From positions 33,962 to 97,961 of the forward strand of contig JAEOTC010000121.1 of NCBI GenBank assembly GCA_016840035.1: a DNA stretch of 64,000 bases. Direction: 5' to 3'. Position 1 is the first letter of the stretch, and each line of letters starts with the position of its first letter. A model generated the notes under the pieces. The model saw nothing but the letters and a program-made list of their open reading frames with translations, made no database searches and had not been told where the DNA came from. The DNA is from Candidatus Hodarchaeota archaeon (lineage in GTDB: Archaea; Asgardarchaeota; Heimdallarchaeia; Hodarchaeales; Hodarchaeaceae). Position numbers and translations under genes: made by a program. Below, in pieces: positions 29,751 to 39,662 of this stretch.

Positions 29751-31091
29751 ATGAGAAGATATTACGCAGTCTTATCTGTATTATTACTTAGTTCTTGTTG
29801 TTTAACTGTTCTAACTACTAATAAATTTGTACTTAACAAGGCACACGGGGAAAATAGGACTAATGATATTTTGATAACTTCTAATAAGACAATTCCAGTC
29901 GATTTTTCTGAGTTCTTACCTGAGATTATATTACCTACAACAGATAATCATTTTATCCTGGTTAATAATGATAATCCATACGCAGACATTAATATTAGGA
30001 AAATTGATCAAAACGGTGAATTAGTATGGAATAATTCATTTGGGGGAGAGGCCTATGAATACCCATCCTCGGTCATTGAAACACAAGACCACAAGTATGC
30101 AATTCTTGCTCAAACTGAATCCTACGGAAACGGATGGAATGATATTTGGCTTTTGAAACTAAACTCTGATGGAGAAGTAGAGTTAAATAAAACCTTTGGG
30201 TGGGAATATAGCGATTATGGTAGTGAAGTTATCCAAACAAGTGAGGGTAACTACGTTATTTTCGGTTCTACCAAATCGGAAATATTAGATGATGATTATG
30301 ACTTTTTATTGCTCAAAGTTGCTTCATCAGGAGCAATGAGTGATTTTTTTACTTACCATCAACGAGATAGAGATTATGGACAGTCTTTTACACAAACTCA
30401 AGATGCAGGATACCTTTTAATTGGCTCTACGCTTACTTTTGGTAGTGTAAATCACAAAGATGGATGGATTATTAAAACTGACCAAACAGCAGAAGTAATT
30501 TGGAAGTACACTTATCAAAGTCAATTGGATGAACTTCTAAAGAAAGGAATCCAGACTGAAGATGAAAACTATGTAATCACTGGGATTGCTGAGAATGAGA
30601 CTGCTTCTTATTCCAAGAATTTCTTTGTATTCAAACTTAATTCGGAAGGAAATTTAATGTGGGACACATCCTTTGGTAATTACTCACATATTCAAGATCT
30701 TGACATTCTTGAAATAGGAAATGACCAAATAATCATTTCAGGATATGTAAAGACCTTTGAGAAAGAGTATTTTATCAATACAGAACTTCTGCTGATTGGG
30801 GAAGATGGAGTTCTTTTAACAAATAAGACCTTAAGTGATTGTATGCCTGTGAAATTAGATCAAGGTATCGAGGAAGGAACGTTTTCATTTCTGGGTATTA
30901 AGTATCAAATAGAGATGGAATTGGATGAAATGAAGGTCAATTATTTTCTTTCCCGCTTAGAGTTTAAATGTCCAAATGGTTTTAAAGCTGACTCATCAAT
31001 TTCAGGGTTCATTTTCCCTTTTGTTATTACTTTTGGAGTGATTGTATCACTTGTTCGGAGAAGGAATGGCTTAAAATTAAGGAATCAGTGA
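29751..31091 (+). CDS. secreted β-propeller-repeat surface protein with C-terminal anchor
   Basis: Signal peptide, then roughly 6–7 repeats of about 45 aa (...YG...D.G....TSDGNYV..GST...). C-terminus is ...GFIFPFVITFGVIVSLVRRRN. Confidence 0.55.
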   Translation: MRRYYAVLSVLLLSSCCLTVLTTNKFVLNKAHGENRTNDILITSNKTIPVDFSEFLPEIILPTTDNHFILVNNDNPYADINIRKIDQNGELVWNNSFGGEAYEYPSSVIETQDHKYAILAQTESYGNGWNDIWLLKLNSDGEVELNKTFGWEYSDYGSEVIQTSEGNYVIFGSTKSEILDDDYDFLLLKVASSGAMSDFFTYHQRDRDYGQSFTQTQDAGYLLIGSTLTFGSVNHKDGWIIKTDQTAEVIWKYTYQSQLDELLKKGIQTEDENYVITGIAENETASYSKNFFVFKLNSEGNLMWDTSFGNYSHIQDLDILEIGNDQIIISGYVKTFEKEYFINTELLLIGEDGVLLTNKTLSDCMPVKLDQGIEEGTFSFLGIKYQIEMELDEMKVNYFLSRLEFKCPNGFKADSSISGFIFPFVITFGVIVSLVRRRNGLKLRNQ

Positions 31092-31250
31092 TTTTTACCA
31101 GTTTATTTTGATTAAAGATAATTCATCCAATTTAATTTTTCCTGAAAGACCACCAAATGTCAAGATTATTTCGAAAATAATTGATATGATGACTTACATT
31201 GGTGAATAACTCTCCAAAGATGTCGATTATTTGAGCCTCAAACAATTTGA

Positions 31251-31259
31251 TTTATAAAA
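31251..31259 (+). promoter_or_regulatory. putative TATA box upstream of GlnRS gene
   Basis: TTTATAAAA, about 76 nt upstream of the TTG start. Confidence 0.25.
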
Positions 31260-31334
31260 TTCAAACAAAAGGCCTCTTAGACTGATTTGCCCAAAGGTTT
31301 CAGATTCAGTCAATCTCCCTAATGTGGAATAACC

Positions 31335-33077
31335 TTGAAATCCTCTAAAGACCTTACAGATGAAAGTTCAGACACTGGATTGGATTTTATCCGAAAAATA
31401 GTGGAAGAAGATATAAGGAATAATAAAAATGAAGGACGAGTTCACACGCGTTTTCCTCCTGAACCAAATGGTTGGATGCATATCGGACATGCAATGGCAA
31501 TCTATCTCAGTTACAGCATTGCACAGGAATATAGTGGCCTTTTCAATTTACGCTTCGATGATACCGACCCATCAAAAGAAAGTATGGAGTATGTTGAAGC
31601 AATTAAAGAGGATATACAATGGTTAGGGGCGGATTGGGAAGATAGATTATATTTTGCATCAGATTATTTTGAAAAATTATATGATTTTGCCGTTGGGCTT
31701 ATTAAAGCTGGCAAAGCATATGTATGTGACCTAAATGTCGATGAAATTCGAGAACAAAGAGGATCTTTAACAGAACCGGGTGTTAATAGCCCCTTTAGAG
31801 ATAGATCAGTCGAGGAGAATCTTGACTTATTCAAGCGTATGCGTGAAGGTGAGTTTGAAGATGGTTCTCGAGTTTTAAGAGCAAAAGTGGATATGGCATC
31901 GCCAAACTTACTTATGCGAGATCCTATCATGTATCGGATAAAAAGAGTAAGTCATTATCGGACTGGAGATGACTGGATAATTTATCCTAGCTATGACTAT
32001 ACTCATGGAGAGTCTGATGCGATTGAAGGAATTACCCATTCTCTATGCTCACTTGAGTTTGAAACCCATAGACCATTATACGACTGGTTTGTAGATGAAC
32101 TACTAGCCATAGGTAAAATAGAACATAAACCCAGACAAATAGAGTTTTCTCGCTTAAATGTAACGTATACTATCACAAGCAAACGAAGACTATTAGAATT
32201 AGTCGACGGGGGGTACGTTTCTGGCTGGGATGATCCAAGAATGCCGATTCTTGCGGGATTGAGGAATCGTGGTTTTCCAGCAAGTGCTATTAGAATGTTC
32301 TTAGGAAAAGTGGGTGTGACTAAAAGGAAAAAGAATATTGATATGGGTCTATTAGAAGCCTGTGTGCGGGAAGAATTAGATCGTGATGCCAACCGTGTAA
32401 TGGCTGTTTTAAACCCATTAACAGTTATTCTTACCAACTATCCCGAAGGACAAGAGGAATATTTAGAAATACCTAATCATCCAAAAGATGAATCACGAGG
32501 TACTCGTAAAGTCCCGTTTTCAAAAGTCTTACTGATTGAGCGAGACGACTTTATGGAGGATCCTCCAAAGAAATTTTATCGACTAACGCTAGGTAGAGAA
32601 GTTCGATTACGAAATGCATACTTTATTAAATGTAATGATGTTGTTAAAGACAAATCCGGGAATATCGTTGAAGTTCATTGCACCTACGATCCTGAAACGA
32701 AAGGTGGATCTGCTCCTGATGGCAGAAAGGTGAGAGCTACAATTCATTGGGTGTCTAAATCGCATGCTCTTAAATCAGAAATTCGATTATACGATCGATT
32801 ATTTACCCGTGAAGACCCGATAGGGATTTCTGATTATAATCCGGACTCTTTAACGACAATTACTGGTTTTGTAGAACCTAGTGTAGGTGAAGCTGAACCT
32901 GGCACGCATTATCAATTTGAAAGACTAGGGTACTTCTTCACGAATTTACAGGAGTTCTCTAAAGACACGATTGTAATAAATCGAACCATAACGTTGCGTG
33001 ATACGTGGGCCAAAATCAAGAAACAACATTTATCAACAAGAAAGAAGGGTCAACGAAAACAAAAGAAAAAGAACTAG
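31335..33077 (+). CDS. glnS: glutaminyl-tRNA synthetase, bacterial type
   Basis: Collinear with E. coli GlnRS over the whole length as recalled from memory: [17 protein letters not shown] (HIGH), [78 protein letters not shown]. Apparent TTG start. Extra K-rich C-terminal tail. Confidence 0.9.
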   Translation: MKSSKDLTDESSDTGLDFIRKIVEEDIRNNKNEGRVHTRFPPEPNGWMHIGHAMAIYLSYSIAQEYSGLFNLRFDDTDPSKESMEYVEAIKEDIQWLGADWEDRLYFASDYFEKLYDFAVGLIKAGKAYVCDLNVDEIREQRGSLTEPGVNSPFRDRSVEENLDLFKRMREGEFEDGSRVLRAKVDMASPNLLMRDPIMYRIKRVSHYRTGDDWIIYPSYDYTHGESDAIEGITHSLCSLEFETHRPLYDWFVDELLAIGKIEHKPRQIEFSRLNVTYTITSKRRLLELVDGGYVSGWDDPRMPILAGLRNRGFPASAIRMFLGKVGVTKRKKNIDMGLLEACVREELDRDANRVMAVLNPLTVILTNYPEGQEEYLEIPNHPKDESRGTRKVPFSKVLLIERDDFMEDPPKKFYRLTLGREVRLRNAYFIKCNDVVKDKSGNIVEVHCTYDPETKGGSAPDGRKVRATIHWVSKSHALKSEIRLYDRLFTREDPIGISDYNPDSLTTITGFVEPSVGEAEPGTHYQFERLGYFFTNLQEFSKDTIVINRTITLRDTWAKIKKQHLSTRKKGQRKQKKKN

Positions 33078-33472
33078 GTTCGTGGTGTTACCTCTAGATA
33101 TACCCATTCTGTTTTTTTTCTCCAAAAAGCTAATTTGGATACTGCAATCAGAAATTTATAAAAGAGTGTTAGAGCTTCTTTCATTGTTTCAATTGCAAAT
33201 TCTTCCTCCTCCTTCGGAAGTATTTTTACTGTTACATCAATTTTTGGCCCTTTTAATTTCCCCCGCATCGTACATGGAGCAATAGTGGCATTTGAGTTAA
33301 TTTTTAATCGTTTTACTTTGTAGGAATGTATTCTAGTTGATACATACAGACGATCATTTTTCCTAACGAAGTCTACTGGAGTAGCGACTCCTTTTCCACT
33401 CTTATAATAAGTAGTTAGGCTGATTGTTCTGTGACCTGCTAAATAATCGAATAGGTGAGATTGTTGATTCAT
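33074..33472 (-). CDS. PNPOx-like FMN-binding split-barrel family protein
   Basis: [53 protein letters not shown] matches the pyridoxamine-5'-phosphate-oxidase-like pattern. Overlaps the glnS stop by 4 nt on the opposite strand. Confidence 0.55.
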   Translation of the reverse strand: MNQQSHLFDYLAGHRTISLTTYYKSGKGVATPVDFVRKNDRLYVSTRIHSYKVKRLKINSNATIAPCTMRGKLKGPKIDVTVKILPKEEEEFAIETMKEALTLFYKFLIAVSKLAFWRKKTEWVYLEVTPRT

Positions 33473-33632
33473 AATGACTCAATATTCCAATTCTGTATAA
33501 CTCTTTAATTGATTTTTTCGTAATAACTAGAAAGATTCCTTTATATTTACCACTAAGACATTTTGTAACCTAAGATCGTAAGCATGACATCTATTTTGAC
33601 TGTATGAAAAATTAACTGGAAAAAAGAAGAAA

Positions 33633-33710
33633 TGGCAGCCCCATCCAGATTTGAACTGGAGTCATCAGATTCAGAGCCTGAGGTGCTAAACCAAACTACA
33701 CTATGGGGCT
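33633..33710 (-). tRNA. tRNA-Gln (anticodon CUG), CCA encoded
   Basis: Reverse complement folds as a cloverleaf. Acceptor AGCCCCA/TGGGGCT, D-stem GTGT/GCAC, anticodon stem TCAGG/TCTGA, loop CU-CUG-AA, T-arm TCCAG-TTCAAAT-CTGGA, discriminator G, then CCA. An oligo-T tract follows the 3' end. Confidence 0.85.
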
Positions 33711-33753
33711 TTTTTTTAGTGTTTTGCTTCATCTAACGTACATAAAGAATAAA

Positions 33754-33860
33754 TGGCAGCCCCGTCCAGATTCGAACTGGAGTCGAGAGGGTCAAAGCCT
33801 CTTATGATTTTAAGACTTAAGCCCAGTCCAAGCTTAAGTTAGCCTCTACACCACGGGGCT
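33754..33860 (-). tRNA. tRNA-Gln (anticodon UUG) with about 31 nt of non-canonical intron sequence, CCA encoded
   Basis: Acceptor AGCCCCG/CGGGGCT, T-arm TCCAG-TTCGAAT-CTGGA, anticodon arm AGAGG-CUUUGAC-CCTCT. 49 nt lie between position 9 and the anticodon stem where about 18 are expected, so the extra sequence is in the D-arm region and not at 37/38. Confidence 0.7.
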
Positions 33861-34115
33861 ATAGCAATTTTGTGTAAATTTTACCTTTGATTGGTTGAAA
33901 TAATGACCTCTATTTAAATATTATTTCCAGATAGGAAGAATTATGAAATTTTATGTGACTTTCGAATTATTTATTGAACTATATTTTTGTCGTAACTTCT
34001 GAGTTTTAAGTTGTTGTATTATTGTAGAGTGAGTTAATCAGTATTATCACTTGTAGAAACCTTTTTCGCATAAGAATACATAAAAGAAAATTAAGGAAGG
34101 CTTAATTTGAGAACG

Positions 34116-35222
34116 ATGAAACGTAATAGCGATCTTGAAATTACTCCTGAAGAGTTTCATAACCAGATTCGATCAGGAAACGTTCCACTCATTATTGATG
34201 TGCGGAATTCTCAAGCATTTACTGATTGGAATATATTTAATAGCATTAATTTTCCTGTCATGCAGCTTTTAGGGGCAAAATCATACCCAAAGGAATTTAA
34301 TGACAAGGAGATTGTTTTGATATGCGGGAAGGGAAATGATTCTTATTTTGCAGCCGAAAAATTATCTTCTCAGGGTTTCAAAGCGAAATCTCTTGTGGGT
34401 GGTATGACTGCATGGAACCATGTTTTTGATACCATAGAAGTCACAAAAGATACAGATTTGAAATTGATACAATTACGAAGAGTTGCTAAAGGGTGTTTAT
34501 CGTATTTCCTTTATTCAAATGGAGAGGCAATTGTAATAGATCCTGCTCATGACGTTTCACCCTATATTCAAATGGCCGAAGAGAAAGGAGTAGCGATTAG
34601 CACAATTATTGACACACATCTACATGCAGACCATATTTCAGGTGCTAGGGAACTCTCTCGAAGAACTGGAGCAGAATATTTTGTGAATCCCAAAGATCCT
34701 TATGATTTTGAATTTAATCCCATCAATGAAGATACGTCATTTACTATTGAGAATAGTGTTTTACTTCAGGCAATGAGCACACCTGGTCATACACCTGGAA
34801 GTACCTCATTTCGGATGAAAGATTTAGGGATTTTAACGGGTGATATATTATTTATTGATGGTATTGGTAGACCAGATTTGGCTGATAAATCAGCTGAATT
34901 TGCAAAAGACCTATACTCCTCTCTCAATTCTCGTCTGGCAACACTACCTGAAAATATGTTCTACGCCCCAGCACATCATGGAAAATTCTCTCTAGAACAC
35001 TTTAATAACCCACTCATCTCTAACATACAGACCTTTAAAGAAAATACAATACTTGAGAAAGACGAAAAAGCCTTTATAGAGTATGCAGTCCAAACTTCAC
35101 AACAAACGAAACAACCCTCCTCACATCAAACGATTCGAGAAGTAAATTCAGGAAAGTTAGTACTAAGTCCTCTTCAGATTGGCCAACTCGAGGTTGGTCC
35201 AAATCGATGTGCTATCGGTTAA
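34116..35222 (+). CDS. rhodanese-domain / metallo-β-lactamase-fold fusion (persulfide dioxygenase-like)
   Basis: N-terminal rhodanese with candidate active-site Cys loop LICGKGND. C-terminal MBL motif IDTHLHADH with downstream His/Asp. ORF opens with TTG at 34107. Confidence 0.75.
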   Translation: MKRNSDLEITPEEFHNQIRSGNVPLIIDVRNSQAFTDWNIFNSINFPVMQLLGAKSYPKEFNDKEIVLICGKGNDSYFAAEKLSSQGFKAKSLVGGMTAWNHVFDTIEVTKDTDLKLIQLRRVAKGCLSYFLYSNGEAIVIDPAHDVSPYIQMAEEKGVAISTIIDTHLHADHISGARELSRRTGAEYFVNPKDPYDFEFNPINEDTSFTIENSVLLQAMSTPGHTPGSTSFRMKDLGILTGDILFIDGIGRPDLADKSAEFAKDLYSSLNSRLATLPENMFYAPAHHGKFSLEHFNNPLISNIQTFKENTILEKDEKAFIEYAVQTSQQTKQPSSHQTIREVNSGKLVLSPLQIGQLEVGPNRCAIG

Positions 35223-35306
35223 ATGAACGATGTACTACAAAAACCAATAGTAATTGGTATTTTATTAGTGAGAAGGGTCATTCCTTCCTAGGAACGTAGA
35301 TTCGGG

Positions 35307-36806
35307 ATGTCCAGACTTGAAAAGCCCTCTAACCGGTCTTTAAATGCCAAAAGTGATCCTGTTCATGATCTCGAAGTAGATAAATATGTCGAATTTCAAT
35401 ACATTGGATGGAAGTTATGGTCAACTCAGAATACAGTTTTTTTCTTTCTCCTTTTTTTGTTATTTCCTATAGTAATTCTAAATTTTACCGCTTTCTGGAA
35501 AACTGGTCATTTATTATCATCCATTATCAGAATACTAGTTACTGCGCTTCTTGTTCTTGATCTGTTGGCTGTTCTATGTATAAGCTTGGGTATCATCTTA
35601 GAAAGAAAATCTACTACACGGTTAGAAGTGAAGGCTGGATTTGTCACGGTTTCTTGCTTTTGGATTCTTATTACTGGATTAGTGCGTATTCCTTTTCTCT
35701 ATGGAAGTATTTTTTCTCCTTTTTCAAATCTTGATTTCCTTTCTGTGTACTTTGACTACTTTATTGACCCGTTATTCCTATTTCTGTGGAGTATCTCAAA
35801 TATCTTTTTAGTACTCTTTTTGCTTTTTGTTTCGTATATTGAGGGTATAAAACTTGATAAAGATGTTCTAAATTCTCCCCTAATTCTTTTTGGCTTATTC
35901 TCGTTAGGACCTGTTATTATCTTTACTTCTGAAAGGATTTTTAATTTTACCAAGCTATTTCTAGGTAATGGTTTTTCACAACTCTCCTATATAGTCTTTT
36001 TCCTCTTTATAGCCAAGTTTATAATTACTCCGTTGTTGGGTAGAAGAGCAGGAAATTTAGAGATGAAACGCATTATAGATTTAGATATTTCGTCCAAGGT
36101 TGACAACATTAGGCCGAAAATAACAATAAAATTCCATAAAACTCGATTTTTAAAGTATATGAAGAAAGTACAAGCTTCTCTTATACTGCTATTCCTGTTC
36201 TCATTATTACTTCCATTGTCTCCGGTTTTTATTATGAATCTTTACAAAACTCCCCAAATAAGCATTAATCTTGACCGGAACTATGCTGATAACGAATCTA
36301 TGAATGTCATGAATCATGTTGAGGCATTACCCTTACAGGATCTAGCGAGAATTGACTCTGATAATATCATGACAAATCATACATTAACAGAGCGATTGAA
36401 ATTTATCGAAGATGCCCAAATGATGGATATATTCTATTTATTTCGTCGGTCACCCTCCAGTATTTCATTAACATGGCGTGTCAGTATTAAGGATCTAAGT
36501 TCAGTTTTACTTGATACTAATAATCTTGAGACTATAATAGAAACATATTCTGCCTTGGACTGGTGGTTTATTGAGGAAGCATACTTCGTCTACTGGGTGG
36601 ATGGGGATCTTCGTGACGACCATGAATCATTTAATTCTTCCGAATTGTACGCTAAATGGCTATATGTCGGATATTATTATTGGTATACCAATAGTGGATC
36701 AATCTTTGGTGGAAGCTCCACCACTGTGAATCAAATTGTGTTCCTCGATAGTAATCTTGATCCAATCTGTCTTTTTTTTGATGAACCTCATTACGGTTAT
36801 CTCTAG
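35307..36806 (+). CDS. polytopic membrane protein, unknown function
   Basis: About 8 N-terminal helices plus a 200-aa C-terminal soluble domain. Sits between the two MBL genes. Confidence 0.5.
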   Translation: MSRLEKPSNRSLNAKSDPVHDLEVDKYVEFQYIGWKLWSTQNTVFFFLLFLLFPIVILNFTAFWKTGHLLSSIIRILVTALLVLDLLAVLCISLGIILERKSTTRLEVKAGFVTVSCFWILITGLVRIPFLYGSIFSPFSNLDFLSVYFDYFIDPLFLFLWSISNIFLVLFLLFVSYIEGIKLDKDVLNSPLILFGLFSLGPVIIFTSERIFNFTKLFLGNGFSQLSYIVFFLFIAKFIITPLLGRRAGNLEMKRIIDLDISSKVDNIRPKITIKFHKTRFLKYMKKVQASLILLFLFSLLLPLSPVFIMNLYKTPQISINLDRNYADNESMNVMNHVEALPLQDLARIDSDNIMTNHTLTERLKFIEDAQMMDIFYLFRRSPSSISLTWRVSIKDLSSVLLDTNNLETIIETYSALDWWFIEEAYFVYWVDGDLRDDHESFNSSELYAKWLYVGYYYWYTNSGSIFGGSSTTVNQIVFLDSNLDPICLFFDEPHYGYL

Positions 36807-36823
36807 ATGATAGATCTGTATCC

Positions 36824-37843
36824 TTGAAACACTTGAGAAAAGCTAAAAGGATTCCCCTTAAATTAGGGCATATGAAGTCTTTGGGGATTTTTCATTCATC
36901 TGGATTAATTACAAACAATGTTATTCATATCGATCTTGAGCAGTATAATTCTACAGAAGTTTGCTCTGCGTTCTTGGTCACTACTCCGGAATCGAACGTA
37001 ATTTTAGATTGTGGGACTTCGAATGATGTTCCTACATTATTAACACATATAACAACGAATTTACGAATTTCTCTCAAGAAAATTAAGTATCTGATTCCTA
37101 CACATTACCATTTTGATCATTTTGGGGGAGGATGGTTCTTATGGAAACAAATTAAAGAGTACAATCCAGAAGTAAAGATTTTAACAACGTTGAAGACAAA
37201 AGAGCAACTTCAAGAACCCACACTTCACATGAAAAGAGCAGGTCGAACCTTTGGTAACATGATTGGGGAAATGCAAGGGATTCCAGAGGAAGCGTTTGAA
37301 ATAATATTCCCAGATGAAGAAATCTTATTACCTGGATTTAATGAAACCCAGTCATTGTCTTTAGTACCGTCTCCTGGCCATTGTGATGATCATGTTTGTC
37401 CCACATTGTTCAATAATTACGAAACAGAGTTTATGTTTCTGGGGGAAGCTGCAGGTACTAGAATGAACCCTAAGAACTTACTTACATTAGGGACAAGTAT
37501 GCCCCCTGAATTTAATTTTACCACTTATGTACAAAGTTTGGAACGTTTAATAAAGTTTAACCCGAAAAATATTGGATTAGGTCACTTTGGAGTAATAAAA
37601 GGTCAAGAATTTGCTCTTCAGCTGATGAAAGAAAACTTAGAATTTACTCATCATTTTCGAACATTTGTTAAAGATAAGTATGAAGAGAAAAATGAAACCA
37701 AATGGATTGTTGATCAGTTTATTGAACATGAATTGGAAGGACGTGTAGATCCATCACAGATCGATATGAGATTTCTTACACGGATTATTGTCGCTCTTGT
37801 TTATGGTCAGCTGATTGATCTTGGATTTCGTAAACCAAAATGA
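36824..37843 (+). CDS. metallo-β-lactamase-fold hydrolase
   Basis: THYHFDHFGG (HxHxDH) and downstream His residues. TTG at 36824; first ATG at 36872. Confidence 0.7.
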   Translation: MKHLRKAKRIPLKLGHMKSLGIFHSSGLITNNVIHIDLEQYNSTEVCSAFLVTTPESNVILDCGTSNDVPTLLTHITTNLRISLKKIKYLIPTHYHFDHFGGGWFLWKQIKEYNPEVKILTTLKTKEQLQEPTLHMKRAGRTFGNMIGEMQGIPEEAFEIIFPDEEILLPGFNETQSLSLVPSPGHCDDHVCPTLFNNYETEFMFLGEAAGTRMNPKNLLTLGTSMPPEFNFTTYVQSLERLIKFNPKNIGLGHFGVIKGQEFALQLMKENLEFTHHFRTFVKDKYEEKNETKWIVDQFIEHELEGRVDPSQIDMRFLTRIIVALVYGQLIDLGFRKPK

Positions 37844-37861
37844 AAGGAGTTTGAAGCTTTC

Positions 37862-38803
37862 ATGACCTTATATGAAGAACAGAATCCCAAGGACATCGAA
37901 TATTCTCAAGTAATTTCTGAAATCAGTAAGTTTCTATCAAACATCAAGGATTCAGATGTGAAGTTCATCTATCATGGTACATATAACGTTTTCACTGTGA
38001 AGGATGAGTATATTTTCCGTATCCCGGACAGAACCTTACGAAATCAAAAGGGGATTCAATTAATAAAACGAGAAGTAGAAGTTCTCCAATTTTTAAATTC
38101 TAATATGTCTATGTCGATTCCAGAGCCGAAATTTACGAATTACGATGAAAAAACTCCAATGATGGCATATAAGAAACTACCTGGGATTTCACTATCTAGA
38201 TGTATTAATGAACTAGAAGAAACCTGTCTTGAAACAATAGCAAGAGACGTGGGAACATTCTTAACTCAGTTACACTCAAAAAATCTTCTAGAAAAGTCTG
38301 TTGGCCTCTTCAAGCTAAATGATTTAGATTTTCTTTCATATTATCGGAATGTTTGGGAAAAAGAATATCGAGAGGTAAAACAACTAGCTTGGACCTCTCT
38401 TAGTAATCAACAGAGAAACTGGTTAGACTCTCTCTACAATAGTTTTTTTTCCAAAATTCAAGGATATACGTTTGATCCAACAATAATTCATGGAGATTTT
38501 GATACGTCAAATATCCTGGTCAACCCTGAAACCTGTGAACTTTCAGGTATAATTGACTTTGAAGAAGCAAGTATATTTGATCCTGCAGCTGATTTCTTAT
38601 TTTTCCGAGAGGGAAAATTATTTCTTGACGTAATTATGGACTTTTATGAGGGAGAAATAGATGAAACGTTCCATGAACGAATGCAATTTCTCTTTTCAAG
38701 AGCTTGCGTTCCATACATGATTTATGGCGTTAAGAATAACCTTCCCTCTCTGGTTGATGCTGGTTTGGAACTTCTCTCGGACCGAATGAAGTTTTTTCCT
38801 TGA
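37862..38803 (+). CDS. aminoglycoside-phosphotransferase-like (APH/ChoK family) kinase
   Basis: Catalytic loop IIHGDFDTSNILV and the Mg-binding IDFEE, typical of the APH/protein-kinase-like fold. AAGGAG lies upstream of the ATG. Confidence 0.7.
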   Translation: MTLYEEQNPKDIEYSQVISEISKFLSNIKDSDVKFIYHGTYNVFTVKDEYIFRIPDRTLRNQKGIQLIKREVEVLQFLNSNMSMSIPEPKFTNYDEKTPMMAYKKLPGISLSRCINELEETCLETIARDVGTFLTQLHSKNLLEKSVGLFKLNDLDFLSYYRNVWEKEYREVKQLAWTSLSNQQRNWLDSLYNSFFSKIQGYTFDPTIIHGDFDTSNILVNPETCELSGIIDFEEASIFDPAADFLFFREGKLFLDVIMDFYEGEIDETFHERMQFLFSRACVPYMIYGVKNNLPSLVDAGLELLSDRMKFFP

Positions 38804-38819
38804 TTTCTTTTTCCTATTC

Positions 38820-39662
38820 TCAGCTCAAGGAGAATTGGGTTTTTTCATGAGAAGAAATTCTACAAATTGAGTTTAAACCTTTTCTCCTTAGAAACTTCAT
38901 AGTAGATTCAAAAGCATATCCAACATCATCTGGTCGATGGGCATCGCTACTCATAACTAACGGGATCTTTCTCTGGATTAATTCGTTGATGATCAGTTTA
39001 TTAGGATACAGTTCATTTCCTGGTTTTCTTAATCCCGAAGTATTAATTTCTACAGCCATATTGCTGACTTCAAGCGCATCTAGCACTCGAAATACGCGCT
39101 CATTTATCAGATCCAAATTTTCTGGGATAAAACCAAGTTTCCTTATCACATCAAAATGTCCAAGGACATCATAGTAATTACTCTTAACCAAATCAAGTAA
39201 TTCATCGTAATAAGCAAGGAGTAAGGAGTCTGTCCCATTGTCATTCTGTTTCAATTCGTTTGGAAGTGAAAATGAACTATCAATTGGAATAATATACCCA
39301 TTCCACGAACAACCGTGTATAGATCCGATTAAATAGTCTAAATCAGGTAAAATCGGCTTTAATGCCTGTTTATATTGTGATAATATCGGTTTATGAAAGT
39401 CTACCTCAAAGGCAATTTTTGTTTCAATTTTTGAACTAAACTTCTTCTTTAACTCCTTTGCAGAGTTTAGATATGAGTTTAATTGTGAAATACTCATTGC
39501 ATATTTATGAAACTGGGAAGGTAACAGGTGCATCGGAAAATGACCACTTAATCCGATCTCAGGAAGTCCCAGAGATATTGCAGCGTGAATATAATCACTC
39601 AATTGTCCAGTGGCATGATTACAAAGGAATGAATGTGTGTGGTAGTCACCAGGAAGAGACAT
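38820..39662 (-). CDS. PHP-domain histidinol-phosphatase-like (HisJ family) protein
   Basis: N-terminus MSLPGDYHTHSFLCNHATG is the PHP motif I. Downstream His/Asp/Glu ligands are present (HFDV, SSDAH). Confidence 0.75.
   Translation of the reverse strand: MSLPGDYHTHSFLCNHATGQLSDYIHAAISLGLPEIGLSGHFPMHLLPSQFHKYAMSISQLNSYLNSAKELKKKFSSKIETKIAFEVDFHKPILSQYKQALKPILPDLDYLIGSIHGCSWNGYIIPIDSSFSLPNELKQNDNGTDSLLLAYYDELLDLVKSNYYDVLGHFDVIRKLGFIPENLDLINERVFRVLDALEVSNMAVEINTSGLRKPGNELYPNKLIINELIQRKIPLVMSSDAHRPDDVGYAFESTMKFLRRKGLNSICRISSHEKTQFSLS

Noticed and set aside
32003-32437. 144-aa minus-strand ORF and other short ORFs within glnS
   Set aside because: Embedded antisense or out-of-frame within a CDS that aligns end to end with E. 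coli GlnRS.
31335-33077. Alternative reading of the synthetase as an archaeal non-discriminating GluRS
   Set aside because: The ORF follows E. coli GlnRS block by block, including anticodon-binding β-barrel motifs ([14 protein letters not shown]) that GluRS lacks. Phylogeny is still needed.
33473-34106. Possibility of an integrated element next to the tRNA genes (tRNAs are common integration sites)
   Set aside because: No integrase, no direct repeat of the tRNA 3' end, and the flanking genes are housekeeping.
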